Assembly (NCBI GenBank): GCA_964016885.1
Contig: OZ024742.1
Span: forward strand, 290,842,001 to 290,906,000
Length of the DNA stretch: 64,000 nucleotides
Source: Eledone cirrhosa
Taxonomy: Eukaryota
Direction of reading: 5' to 3'
How positions within the stretch are numbered: position 1 is the stretch's first letter; each line of letters starts with the position of its first letter. The position numbers and the translations under genes were made by a program. The notes under the pieces were generated by a model, which saw only the letters and a list, made by a program, of their open reading frames with translations, was not told the origin of the DNA and searched no databases. Below are positions 37,403 to 50,991 of the stretch, piece after piece.

Positions 37403-38131
37403 TTATCTACAGACTGGAGAACATAAAAAAAATAATGGATGATCTCTTTTGATATTCATTAGAAAATAAGATAAATTTAAATGAATTCCTTGCTTTGCAA
37501 AGTAAAGATGTATATATATATATAGATGTATATATATATATAGAGATATATAGATATATAGATGTTTGTATATCTGTATATATATATATATATATATGTA
37601 TGTGAAAATATGGGGAGAAGAATACTGCATGGTTGCACATGGATAACATGTTATAAAATGAGTCCCTCATCAGTGATTTGCCGACGATCATAGATATTTC
37701 ATTGCATTAAAAATCATATACCTCACGTCGGTGCAATAATAACTAAATTAAGTTATTAGGACAATTAAAACGCGTAAAGCGAGTGAGACAAGTAAACAAC
37801 AAAGAGGAAAGCTAACCGTAGGGAGGAAGGGAACAAGCTACATAGTTATTCTGTCAGCATAAGCTAGGTGAATATATGAGCGCTTAGAAAAAAAACCTTT
37901 CGAGATGAATCCAAATGTGAGAAAGAAAGAAAATGTATTCGTCGCGAACGGGGTGAAGTGAGAAGGGGAGAAACAGTGAGTGAGTGAGTGGAAGTGTGAG
38001 GAAGAGTTAACTGACATGACAGAGGGGGCGAAAGAAAGTAGGAGAAACAGAGAACGAGGGAGCAGTAAGAGAGAGAGAGAAAAACAGATGTATATATATA
38101 TATGTGTATATAGATATATAGAGATGTATAT

Positions 38132-39088
38132 ACTAGACATGAAAAATGCGCAAGCTCAAAAGTGCCACAGAATGTTATAATAAACCTTCAAAAGTGTGGG
38201 ACTAGAGTTGTTGCTAAAAAATATTGTAATCATTATATATCGTACATTCTGTGGCATCCTTTATAAAAATAGCTTAAACCAACGAAGCCTTTATTTTTAC
38301 GCTATTTCACTTAGTTAATTCTTAGAGTGTAACATATAAAAATATGATTTACAACTATAAAATAAATTAATTAATATAATAACAGAGCTGCGGAGCTGAA
38401 ATTTAGGAAATAATGGAGTATCGGATCCTGAGTTGGAGCCAGTCAATTTTTGACCGACTCCGCAGCCCTGTATAATACATTTCATATTAAAGTTATTAAT
38501 AAACCTATTTTACACTTCATGCAAATTACCACGAGATATTGATATTAGATATAAGATACAGCGCAATATCTACAGCTGTAAAAGTACGAAAGCGAAGTAA
38601 TAATAAGTGGCTTAAGGTAATTCCAATATGAAAGTTTGTAGTGATAAAAATTTGATAATGCAATACGATTGTTAATATTATAGTTCTATGAAAATGTAAC
38701 AATAGATAACTAAATTATTTTACTATTAGTATATTTAAGAAATTATCATTATAGATTTGATCGTTCATATAAGCATCATATTAAGTTTCAACACAATTAT
38801 TTTGTTACTATGAGTATATGATAATAATATTACGTAATTATTTATAGCTGTTATTACATTAAACATAGATGTATTTATTTTTATATGTTACACTCTAAGA
38901 ATTAACTAAGTGAAATAGCGTAAAAATAAAGGCTTCGTTGGTTTAAGCTATTTTTATAAAGGATGCCACAGAATGTACGATATATAATGATTACAATATT
39001 TTTTAGCAACAACTCTAGTCCCACACTTTTGAAGGTTTATTATAACATTCTGTGGCACTTTTGAGCTTGCGCATTTTTCATGTCTAGT
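38132..39088. repeat. Inverted-repeat structure (copy B) with apparently perfect 213-bp arms
   Basis: 38132-38344 equals the reverse complement of 38876-39088, and both outer ends read CTAG|T. The core is about 530 bp. Confidence 0.9.
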
Positions 39089-39644
39089 TTAATATTTTTT
39101 TAAGGCAACGCTTGTAATAACTCTAGTTAAACAGGATATATATTAATAATAAATTATCGTTGTAATGTAATTAGATTATGTAATTGTTATTATAAATTAT
39201 CTTATAAATATTAGTGTAAGATGTATAAAAATATTTTCAGACTTTTAATATAAACAACTACAAAAAACAATCAATATTAAATCAATATATTATACATAAT
39301 AGAAAACATAAAATATACAATACAAAAACAAAATATTTACATACATTTGCAATTATCAGTGTATATACATTTTCTTTATATTCCCTGAGCAAATTAATAA
39401 GATTTGTTTTTATTGTACATAATTTGATGACTTGTTGGAGTGTATTAAAAGATAGCAACAATTTGTGATTAAATTGTTATCTTAAGCAACTCACTTTTTA
39501 ATAGTTGTTGGCTGAGCGAAATTGTAAAAGCCTATGAGCAAATATAAAAAAAAATACACAAACAACATTTCCTTGTGTTATTACAACATTAGATAAAATA
39601 ATTGAGCAATGTCGTTATATTTTGCTCTTATTGCACATTAATAG

Positions 39645-39812
39645 TGTTTCTATTTTTCGGCACAAATCCATTACGGCAGTCCATTACTGGTACTTTATTT
39701 TATCGAATTAGTAAGTATGAAAGTCGAAGTTAACCTCGGCAGGATTTGAACTTAGAATGCAAAGGACCATAACAATACTGCAAAGCATGGTGTCTGACGC
39801 TCTACCAATACT
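39645..39812 (-). mobile_element. Diverged SINE copy
   Basis: CATTACTGGTACTTTATTTTATCG..GTTAACCTCGGCAGGATTTGAAC..AAAGCATGGTGTC matches the family. Confidence 0.75.
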
Positions 39813-40202
39813 TGTGTTGAGCTGGTCATTAATTTATGGTGGTCGTGCGTGAAGTAGAGCAATCGCTAGTTGAAATATTATGAACAAAACATTTTTATTT
39901 GCCGAAGAACATATTTTCAATACTGTTTGTGAATGTGACGAAGGAAATACATTCTGATATGGAACAGTGTACAAAGTGTGTCTGTGAATAACATAATGTT
40001 ACCTCATGTTGTTGTCAAGACATAATGGATTTCGTTTATCCAGTTAGAAGATGAAACCTAGCCATCTCGGATTAGTTATATTTCATGCCATGTGTAAACG
40101 TGTTTGAGGATAGCAAAATATGCGCGTTAATTATAATAATTAGTTAATAATATTACAAAATATACCTAATTAAACTCTTTGCTTGAAATTTTATCATTCT
40201 TC

Positions 40203-40277
<75 letters not shown>

Positions 40278-40501
40278 TCTAGTCCTTCGCTCAAGATTAA
40301 TCTATAAGTTTAGATGTTTGCCTTCGCTTAAGTAAATATTACAGTAAGATTTTTAATATAAACAACTGCAAAAAACAATTAATATTAAAACGAAAAAATT
40401 ATCAATGATAAAAGAAGCGGATGCAACTTTTTTTTTTATAAAGTTATATTCCTGTTTCTTTAAAGAACATTTCATTTTTGTTCTATTGTAGGCGAAATAA
40501 T

Positions 40502-40687
40502 TGTTTCTACTTTAGGCACAAGGCCAGCAAATTACCCAGTACATTACTGGTACTTTATTTTATCGACCCCGTAAGGATGAAAGGCAAAGTTAACCTCGGC
40601 GGGATTTGAACTCAGACTGTAAAGGGACGTAACTATGCTAGAAAGCATGGCGTCCAACCCTCTACCGATACTGCCAATTCACCGCCC
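40502..40687 (-). mobile_element. Full-length young SINE with a 15-bp TSD
   Basis: TGTAGGCGAAATAAT at 40487-40501 and 40688-40702; intact A and B boxes. Confidence 0.92.
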
Positions 40688-41820
40688 TGTAGGCGAAATA
40701 ATGCAATGGTTTAATAGGGAAGATATAACTTACGAATTATGTCTCTAACCGTGTAACGCTTTTTAAGTAGATAACTACAATTGAAAATACTAAAGAAATG
40801 GAACCAACAATTCAATTTGAAAGTCGTCTAGTGACAGTGTATTACTGGTACTTTATTTTATCGACCCCGTAACGATGAAAGGCAAAAATGCAAATGCTTA
40901 AAATTTAAATTGCCTTAATTCTATCGTCTGCTGTTTCATTAAAGGGAGATTATCGTCTGTATTTAATTCTATCGTCTACTGTTCCACTAAACAGATATAC
41001 CTCCACTATCGTCTCTATTTATACATTTTAACTTATAACTTATACACATTTGATTTGAAATATTTTATCTAGTCCCCCCTCTCAATATTATGATGATTTC
41101 TTTCGAATGAAACAGTTCTAGTCCTGTAGAAGCCATTTATATATATAATTGAACTGAGTTAAAAATTCACAATATTTATAATTAAATAAGCTCATATATA
41201 TATGTGTGTATTTATCTGTTTATTGTATTATATATAATGTGTGTATATACAGGATGTCCCCCAAAAATATATACACACTTCAACAGCATTCTAATAACTA
41301 TTGCCTGTACAGGTAATCAAAGTGTCAATCGAATGTTAGTTTCGTGTTTTAACAGTACAAATTTACAATACACACATAAAACCAGTGTATATACATACAT
41401 GAGTGTGTATACACATACATGAATGTGTATATACAATATATATGTATATATATATATAGACACATGTATTCACGGTGCAACGGTACATTAAAATATAGAT
41501 GCGGGAGAGGGGGTGTATATATAGGGGCGCTGGGGATAAAGGAGTGTAAAGCGTGTGTAATTGATATATTGAAGGAGAGGAGCGTGCAGCGATAGAGTAA
41601 CAAATATATAGAGAGGGGGAGAGATGGTATTGAAGGGGAGGAGTGCAAAGCGAAAGAGTAAGAGATATAAATAGAGACGGAACAGATAGAGAGAAACAGG
41701 CGTAAGTAACAGTGGAAGAGATATAGAGAGAGGTACTCTGATTGGTTGAAAATTAGCCAATGACATACGATCACCACCACGGCTATCCCCGAAAAAATTT
41801 TAAAGAAGCTAGGCATATAT

Positions 41821-41936
41821 GTTAGAACACGAAAAGTGAACATTCTGTGTTTCACACTTTTCGTGTTCTAACAGATATATAGAACACGAAAAGTGAACAT
41901 TCTGTGTTTCACACTTTTCGTGTTCTAACAGATATA
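41821..41936. repeat. Tandem pair (57-bp period) of a hairpin with an 18-bp stem
   Basis: GTTAGAACACGAAAAGTG...CACTTTTCGTGTTCTAAC, repeated from 41880. Confidence 0.85.
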
Positions 41937-41988
41937 TAGATGTATGTATATATACATAATATATATAGATGTATGTATATATACATAA

Positions 41989-43280
41989 AAGAAATTCCAA
42001 ACATGGAAGCATGGACTAGAATCAAAAGGCCTTAAAATTAACCTGTCTAAGACTAAAGTTCTAGTATGTAGGAAGGAAAATAGGGCACTGGTCCCATTTG
42101 GGAAATGGCCATGCTTAGTGTGTAGGAAAGGAGTAGGCAGAAACTCCATTTTATGTCCCAAATGCAAAGTATGGGTGCATAAAAGATGTAGTGGGATCAC
42201 AGGTAAGCTAACTAAGAATATAGATTTTATATGTGTGGCTGGCGCTTAGGTGCAATAAGTAGCAGCAAGTGCCCACAGAATACTAGCCCATTCCATTGCA
42301 CAGATGTTTCTATAGAAATAGTAGAAACCTTCCGTTACCCGGGTGACAAAATCAGTAGTGGTGGAGGGTGCTCTGAAAGTACAGTAGCTATAGTCAGAAC
42401 GGGATGGAAAAAGTTCAGAGAGCTTATACCACTATTAGTCGCTAAAGAGTTCTCTCTAAAAATAAAAGGCAGGCTGTATGATGCCTGCATACGAACAGCA
42501 ATGTTACATGGCAGTGAGACTTGGGCATTGTGTGCAGAGGATCTACACAGACTGGAGAGCAATGAAGCTTGCATGCTCCGTTGGATGTGTAATAGTAATA
42601 TACGTGAGCGGCAAAGCATAAATGAACTAAGTGAGAAATTAGGAATAAGAGTGATCAGATGCTGTTTACTCAAGAGAAGACTACGTTGGTATGGTCACGT
42701 GATGCGCATGAAAGATGACAGCTGTATAATAAAATTGCAGGGCGATCAAAATGGACGGTAGCAATGGAGTAGGCAGACCCAGAAAAACCTGGGACGACTT
42801 GATAAATTCCGACCTCACACTCCTACACCTCTCCAAGACAATGCACTGGACTGAGATCTTTGGCGCTACTCAGTAATACAGAAGACCCGCCTTGCCTAAG
42901 TGCAAAGCGAAACCTACAGGCAGTAGGCACTTCTTACCAAAATACACCTCCGTCCCACTAACCCCACCCCATCCACACCACCCCCTTTTGATGTAAAGTT
43001 ATGTTGGTACCACAACATCCAGTTCTAAATAAATGAGGTCGTGTAGGTGTTACGACAAAAAAACACACAGTCCACGCTGTAATGTGGCCGTGTAGGTAAC
43101 ACGGTAAAAACCTCCCAGTCCACACTGTAAACATGGTTGGTGTTAGGAAGGGCATCCAGCCGTAGAAAACCCGCCAGACAGTCCTATACGAACAAGACAA
43201 CCACTCTTGCTTCAAGTGGGAAAATTCCCGTCCAAACCCCTGCTAGCGTGGGAGATGGATGTTAAACGATGATGATGATG
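41989..43280 (+). mobile_element. 5'-truncated RTE LINE subfamily A
   Basis: Homolog of the 1337-2329 ORF. Ends GTTAAACGATGATGATGATG. Confidence 0.92.
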
Positions 43281-43397
43281 ACGATATGTATATGCATTTA
43301 TATATGTATATATGAGTATATGTATATATGTGTATATATGTGTGTATGTATTTATATCATCATTATCTATAAAAGGCAGATTTTTGTGTCTGTATGT

Positions 43398-46300
43398 CAT
43401 CATCATCATCACCGTTTTACGTCCGTTCTTCCACGCTAGCATGGGTTAGACGGGTTGTCCTGTTGTGGGCAGTGTCTGGTCGGCTGACCATGCCTTGCTC
43501 ATACAGGAACTGATTTGGCTTGATTTCTACAGCTGGATGCCCTTCCTAACACCAACCTCATTTACAGTGAGTGCTGGGTGCTTTTTCGTGGCACCTACAC
43601 ATCCACTTTACAGTGTGGGCTGGGTGCTTTTTTACCGTGGCACCTCCACGACCACCTTGCGGTGGGGGGTGTGGGGGCATATTGTCTATATGCTACAGCT
43701 TGTACCCATGGGAGGTCGGGTACTCTGTATTACTGCGTGACGCCAGAAGTCACGGTCGTGTGTCATTGTCTTTGATAGGTGTAATTGGGTAAGGTCGGCT
43801 TTTATCACATCATCCCACGTCATCTTGGGTCTCCCCACTCCGCGGTTTCCATCAACTTCTAGTGCTCTGCACCTTTTTATGCAGCTGTCATCCTTCATAC
43901 GCATCACATGTCCATACCAGCGCAACCGCCTCTCCTGCACACAGCATTTGATTCCTCTTATGCTCAGTCTCTCTCTCAATTCATTTATGCTTTGTCGTTC
44001 ACGTATATTACTGTTACACATCCATCGGAGCATGCAGGCTTCGTTTCTCTCTAATCTACGTAAGTGTTCCACCTTCAGCGCCCAGGTCTCACTACCATGC
44101 AACATCGCTGTTCGGATACACGCATCATACAGTCTGCCTTTCGTTCTGAGGGAGAAGCTTTTTGCAGCTAGCAGTGGTAGTAGTTCCCTAAACTTCTTCC
44201 ATCCCGTTCTTACCCTAGTTATTGTACTTTCTGAACACCCACCTCCGCTGCTAATTCGGTCACCTAGGTAGCAGAAGCTGTCTACTGTTTCTACAGGGCC
44301 CTCCCAGAGATTGGTGGTACTTGTTTCCTGTGGCTGTTTGCTGCTTGCTGTCTCAGCACAGCTGCTGCATGTGAATCCTACATTCTTAATTAAGCTTCCT
44401 GAGATCCCGCTACATCTCTTGTGTACCCATTGTTTGCATTTGGGGCAGAGAATGGAGTTCCTACCTACACCTTTCCTACATACTGAGCAAGGCCATTTCC
44501 CTGAGGGGATCTGGGTTCTGTTTTCTCGTCTACTTGCAAGGACCTTAGTCTTTGTCATGTTGACTTTGAGACCCTTTCTTTCTAGTCCCTGCTTCCAGGT
44601 TTGGAATTTCTTCTCTAGTTCTACCATAGATTCAGCTATGAGTGCGAGGTCATCAGCATACAGGAGTTCCCATGGGCATCCGGTCTTAAACTCCTCCGTT
44701 ATTGCCTGCAGGACTATGATGAACAGGAGAGGGCTAAGAACAGAGCCCTGGTGTACCCCAACCTGTACGCTAAATTCCTCACAATACTCAATGCTAATCC
44801 TAACTTTTCTGACTGCTCCCCTATACATGGCTTGTACCGCTTTCACAAGCGATTCATCTACTCCTAGTTTTCTAAGAGCCCACCAGATTACAGCACGTGG
44901 AACTCTGTCAAAGGCTTTCTCAAGGTCGACAAATGCCAAGGCTTACTTTTAGCTAGGTACTTTTCCTGTAATTGCCTCACAAGGAAGAGGGCATCAGTGG
45001 TGCCTCTTTCTGGTACAAACCCAAATTGCATCTCGTCTATTTTCACCCGGTCCCTAATCAGCTGTGCTATAACTCTTTCTGTTACTTTCATGACCTGGTC
45101 CATCAACTTTATACCTCTATAGTTTCCTCTATCTAGTGCATCGCCTTTACCTTTGTATCAGTTGACAATGATGCTACTGCACCAATCTTTTGGTATGGCC
45201 CCTTCTAGTATTACCTGGTTAACGATACGTGTGGTTATAGTGTGACCTACAGACCCAGATGCCTTCAGCATCTCGGCAGCTATACCCGATGGACCGGTTG
45301 CTTCCCCATCTTCATATCTTTGATTGCCTTACTTACTATGCTGCTGCTGACTTGTACTGCTGGTCCCTCTATAGGGTCTACTTGGGGTAGGGTCTCTGCT
45401 TCCCATGCATTCTCCTCATTTAGTAATCTATCATAATGACTCTTCCATGCATCTTTCTTCTCAGCACTTGTGTGGGCAAGCTCACCTTTATCATTCCCGA
45501 TACACTTCTCTCCAATGACATCACAACTATCTCTGACACACTGCCTCGCAATCTTGAATACCTCCTGTTTCTGGTCCTCACGTTGTAAAACATGCTTGAA
45601 TTTTCTATCCTCTGCTTCCCTCCTAGCTAAGTATACTTGTCTCCTAGCTTCCCTCTTGGTCTCTATGTAATGTACCCTGCTCCCTCTGTTCTTCCATTCT
45701 TTCCATGCCTGTCTCTTGGCCTTAACTGCTTCATCTACCTTATTGTTCCACCACCAAGTCACTCTCCTCCTGCTTGAGGTCTTACTCCAGCCACAGACCT
45801 CATCCGTCGCCTCTAGTAAATTATTTTTTTTTTAGGAACTCCCAGTTCTCTTCTACATTAAATGTCTCTATCTGTTCTTCTTTACTGTCGTAGGCGTTGA
45901 GTAAAATATCTTTAAATCTGTTACTGGTTGAGGGGACTTTCAGCTTCCAGATCTTTCTTCTCCAGGTTGGCCTCTGTTTCCGGGTTCGTCTAGTTCTGAC
46001 CGTGAGGTCGCTGACAACTAAGCTATGTTGGGATGTACATTCCTCACTAGGGAAGGCTTTTATGTTTACGACCGTCCATCTGTCACGTCCTCTGATGAGG
46101 ATAAAATCTAACTGACTAGAGTGCTCCCCTGATCTATAGGTGATCAGGTGGTTGTCGGGTTTTTTAAAGTTTGTGTTACATATCGACATGTCATTGGCGT
46201 CGCAGAATTCTAGAAGTCTGAATCCTTCCTCATTCCTTGTGCCAACCCCATGGCCTCCATGTATTCTATTGAAGCTGTCGCAGTGTTTGCCTACGTGTCC

Positions 46301-46860
46301 GTTAAAATCTCCTGCGATGATTAGGAAGTCCTTGTTGTCTGTTAGAGCAGTAGTGTGTATTATGGACTCGTAAAACCTATCCTTAAGTTCGTCTGGCAGC
46401 CCCGATTGGGGTGCATAAGCTGATATTATTGTGGTAATTGTTTTATTCAGGACTAGTCTGAGTTTAATGATTCTTGCATTTACCCTGTACACTGAGATTA
46501 CTTTATCTACCCACTTGTCAGCTAGTAGTATACCTACACCACCCATCCCATCGTCATTTCCCACCCAGAAAAATTTGTAGCACCGACTTTTTCCTACGAG
46601 GACTCTGGCAGACTCTCCTCTCCATCTAGTCTCTTGCACACAGCATATGTCAATTTCCTTTCGCTCTAGCATTTCTACGATTTCTCCTGCTCTTCCTTTC
46701 AATAGGCCTACAATGATGGTACCAACTCGGGGTTTTGGGCATTTGTTGACACTCGTAGGGGAGGGTCTCTGGGTTGGCACTTCACGTGGGTGCTTGGTAG
46801 CTCGCAGATTCATATTTCATCTATTGATTCAGAGTTGCTCAAATTTATTCTCAGCTCATC
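43398..46860 (-). mobile_element. Near full-length RTE LINE subfamily B (APE, RT, PHD-like finger), frameshifted
   Basis: APE ORF 45821-46813 (CCVQETRW, SAYAPQ, GDFNGHVG, LDFIL, SQH), RT ORF 43686-44939, (CAT)n tail at 43398. Confidence 0.94.
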
Positions 46861-47059
46861 CATCCATAACGGTGGGAAAATTGAGGGCTAGAAGAACAGT
46901 GGTGGTGGGATAATAGCAGGGTGTGTTGGGCTGCGCCAGAGGAGGAGAGAGTTAGTTAGGTAGTAGTAGCAGCAGCCGTGGAAATGGCATGCTGAGGTTT
47001 GATTGGTCGAATAGGCTATGGTGGTGTGAGGGGGAGGGTGGGAGGGAAATTGTGAGGTA

Positions 47060-48650
47060 GGCACTGAGGGTCGCATGGTAAATAACCGAGAGAGATACGA
47101 TAGAATTAGAATACCACATGGTAAATATCCGAAGTTAATACAGCAGTAATATTAACAATAGTAACGTCATAAAAACTAAGATACCTTCGAAGATTTGTAT
47201 GGATGGGTGGCTGGAACGAAATGAAATCAACTCTAATGATACATTTTAGCAGATAAGGGGAAGAGTGTCTTATCTCTTCAATAGTTTCAAAATGAATGGG
47301 GTTGAATAGGTAGAGATAGGGTAGTAATCCTAGAGAGAGGCATAGAGAGGGGGGGGCACTGAGGGTCGCATGGTAAATAACCGAGAGAGATACGATAGAA
47401 TTAGAATACCGCATGGTAAATATCCGCAGTTAATACAGCAGTAATATTAACAATAATAACGTCATATTATACATTTACACAATTCCAAAAATATTGAATG
47501 AATAATTAAGCAGAATGTTTACAAATATTCTAACTTGGGTCATGGGCGAACTTATTGGGTAAAAAATGCCACAATTACGGAAAAATCGATTTATTTCAAC
47601 AATCGATGATTTCTCCTCTCTCATATGATATACGTTTCCTATATTTACTCCCTTCATCACCTCCCCTTAAAATTGCTACCTTCTCTTATAAGTGTTTATG
47701 AAAAAGAGAAACATTGAAAAAAAACATATAGACACATATATGTGGGTGCATACACACACATATATGTTGGTATGGTTACGATTGACGTCATAGAAACAGG
47801 AACGCAGGAATTTCAATCAATCAACACATACACAGTTTGTTTTAGAATATAATGATAAAGAGGGATATAATGATAAACAGACACACTAAAAGACGGATAC
47901 ATGTTTGTGTGTTTGTATTAGCGCGTTCAAACTCCATTTCGAAGCTGACTTTCATTTACTAAACTGTAAGTTTTTCAATCGGCCTTACACTTTCAAACTA
48001 TATTTTTCTGTATAAGTAACTTTAACCCTTTATTTTCGACATAAAAATACACACATACATACAAAGACCTTTAAAGTTTTTTTGAGGGCCTTTCTTATCA
48101 ATCTTTTTACATTCAATTATCAGCCTTATACTTTCAAAGTCAATTTTTATGTTGAAGTAACTTTCAACCTTTAATACATACATACATACATACATATACA
48201 CACATACATACATATACACACATACATACAAATACCTGTCACTTAATTTACACACACATCGGCCTTACACTTTCATACACACATACATACATATACACAC
48301 ATACATACAAATACCTGTCACTTAATTTACACACACATCGGCCTTACACTTTCAAACTAAATTTTTCTGTAGAAGTAACTTTAACCCTTTCTTTTCGACA
48401 TAAAAATACACACATACATACAAATACCTGTAAAATCTTTTTGGGGGCCTTTCTTATCAATCTTTTTACATTCAATTATCAGCCTTATACTTTCAAAGTC
48501 AATTTTTATGTTGAAGTAACTTTCACCCTTTATTTTTCGATACCCATTTACTTACTAACATTTGTATCACAACAACAATAACAATATTCATAAACAGACA
48601 GTAGACTTTCAAAGTCAATTTTTCTGTAGAAGTAACTTTCACACTTTCTT
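47060..48650 (+). repeat. Direct-repeat blocks in the Helitron 5' region
   Basis: A ~110-bp block occurs at 47060 and 47355. Several ACTTTCAAAGTCAATTTT..GAAGTAACTTT units lie in 47980-48640, the last just upstream of the ATG. Confidence 0.75.
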
Positions 48651-48661
48651 TTGGACATAAA

Positions 48662-50674
48662 ATGCCACCTAAAAAGAGAAGTCGCCTCAGTCGACATACC
48701 GCGTCAGCAGTGGCGCAAAAGGCTACTATAGCAAACGAGTCCTCTGAGGAAAATGCTTCAAGACTTTCACAGACAGCCTTGCGTTCAGCAGAATGTCGAG
48801 CCGCTGAAAGTTTCCAACAGCGCACCGCACGCCTAGCCAAAATGGCTTCATACCAGGCTTCTTCCAGGGCTTCAGAGAGCCGTGAACAAAGGTCGAAGCG
48901 CCTGGCTAGAAACGATGCGACTAATGCTGCTTCCAGGTCTTTGGAACGTTTAAAACAACGGACGGCTCGCCTTCCTACGAACGCTGCGGCTATGACTACT
49001 TCCATGGCTTCTGAAGATGCAGACGGGCGGTCCATTAGCATTGCAAATGTTGCTTCTGCTATTGCTGCCAGACCTTCCCACCAACCACACGACCAATGTT
49101 CTACGTTCAAGCGTAACAGTCGACGGCGAGAAGCTGCACGTGGTGTGACGAGCCCCAACAGCCCTTACTGGCACCTACGGGCTTTCAAGTATGAGCAAAA
49201 CATTAGTTACTCGATGCGCTCTGACATAAATATAGGCGAGATGCGCTTCAATTGCCAATTCTGCAATGCTACAAAGTGGGCTGGGGAGCCACCTGCAATG
49301 TGCTGCTTAAACGGTAAGGTCACCTTGCCCCCTCTTACGGAACCGCCAGAGCCTTTGAAGGAACTACTGACTGGTTATACCTCAAGGTCAAAAAAAAAAA
49401 CCCTGATCCCCCCAATAAAAAACGCTCCTGGGGGTACCGGAAAAACTTTTGTAACGAATTTGATTCTCGCTAAGAGTCGTCAGGAGAAAAAAGTTGCGTT
49501 GTCCGTTGCATCGTCCGGGATCGCTGTTACTTTGCTGCCGGGAGGCAGGACAGCACATTCAACCTTTAAACTCCCTTTGGATTTAGTAAAAACTGAGACA
49601 CCAACATGCAATATCAGCAAGAGTTCACACAAAGCTCTGGTTCTCAAAAGATGTTGCCTCATTGTTTGGGATGAGTGCACAATGGCACACAACGGTGCCC
49701 TTGAGGCATTGGACAAGGCCCGGAAAGACATTAGGGATTCCTATGGGTGGCGTAACCCTTCTGCTATCAGGGGATTTTCGGAAAATGCTGCCTGTCATCC
49801 CCAAATGGACAAGAGCTGATGAAGTGCGTGCCTGTCTTAAGTCGTCCATGTTGTGGATCCAGGTGAATAGTTTGTACCTGAGCACAAATATACGTGCTCA
49901 TTTGCATGGTGACAACATGTCTGCAGCACAGAACATTTTAGCACTTGGTGAGGGCAAGATCCCTGCGGATGACAAGGGCGGCATAGCAATCGACACCCTG
50001 TGCAACATTGTGAGCAGCCCTTCTGACCTTTGGGAAGCAGTTTTTCCTGTCTCATCTAAATTTAAAAACCTCGATTGGCTCAGCGAAAGAGCCATCCTTG
50101 CTCCGAAAAATACCATGGTTAATTTTATTAACGAGCAGCTGATTGAGAAGATTCCCGGTAAAGAGCACATCTTCAAATCAGACCCCGACGATATCGTTAA
50201 TTATCCGGTTGAGTTATTAAATCTCCTTGAGCCCCCAGGGCTCCCACCTCACATTATTAAGCTTAGGGTTGGCTCTCCCATTATGCTAATAAGGAACTTG
50301 CGTCCATCAAAGCAGTGCAACGGTACTCGCATGGTCGTCAAGTCACTGACACCCACTTGATTGAGGCCACCATTGTAACGGGGTGCGGCAGAGGGGAGAA
50401 TGTTTTCATTCCAAGGATGAACCTTTTCCCCTCGGCGTCAGATATCCCGTTCGATTTCCGGCAATCCCAATTCCCGGTGAGACCATGTTTTGCCATGTCC
50501 ATTAACAAGTCACAAGGGCAAACATTGTCGGTGGCGGGCATCCATTTGGGGGAGCCATGCTTCTCCCATGGCCAACTTTATGTTGCCTGTTCCCGCGCAG
50601 GGAGCAGGAATGGACTTTTTGCTTACTCTCCTCAAGGGATGACACGCAATATCGTCTACAAAGAGGTGCTATAG
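48662..50674 (+). pseudogene. Helitron N-terminus/Zn-finger fused by deletion to a Pif1 (SF1B) helicase
   Basis: CQFCNATKW..CCLNGK, then after about 49390 NAPGGTGKT, IVWDE, LSGDFRK, ILAPKN, CNGTR, FAMSINKSQGQT, HGQLYVACSR and NIVYKEVL. Confidence 0.9.
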
Positions 50675-50991
50675 ATGTTGGTGCAGGTGTTGGAGCTATG
50701 CCATCTGGAACACTATTTGCTGGTAGGGTATCCCATGGCGGACAGATCTGACACCCAGCGGCATCAGGGCCACCATCTTGCAACTTTGGTCTACTAAATT
50801 CGCTATTGGAAGATTATTAACCCATCATTGATTGACCAAAATGCTAATTGGTTCGTAACTTTTAATAACCGGTTCAACTGCTTTATGCACTTAATTGATA
50901 AGCTTATTCGCTTTCAAACCACGTTTACCTGTATGTAACTTTTCATAGCAAATGAACAAACCCGAGCAACGCCGGGCTAAACTGCTAGTTA

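Larger units (their letters stand above)
43366..50988 (+). mobile_element. Helitron copy 1: internally deleted (no Rep), interrupted by an RTE near its 5' end
   Basis: 5' A|TCTATAAAAGGCAGA at 43366, the same as at 50992. 3' hairpin CCCGAGCAACGCCGGG then CTAG|T at 50985-50988. The ORF from 48662 joins the N-terminus directly to a Pif1 helicase. Confidence 0.78.

Noticed and set aside
40600-40687. tRNA gene
   Set aside because: The A and B boxes belong to a SINE head with extended spacing and no cloverleaf. It is followed by the SINE core and flanked by a TSD.
44311-44952. Recurrent antisense ORFs over RTE copies (also 1941, 13917 and 57581)
   Set aside because: These are shadow frames of the RT coding strand with no independent motif.
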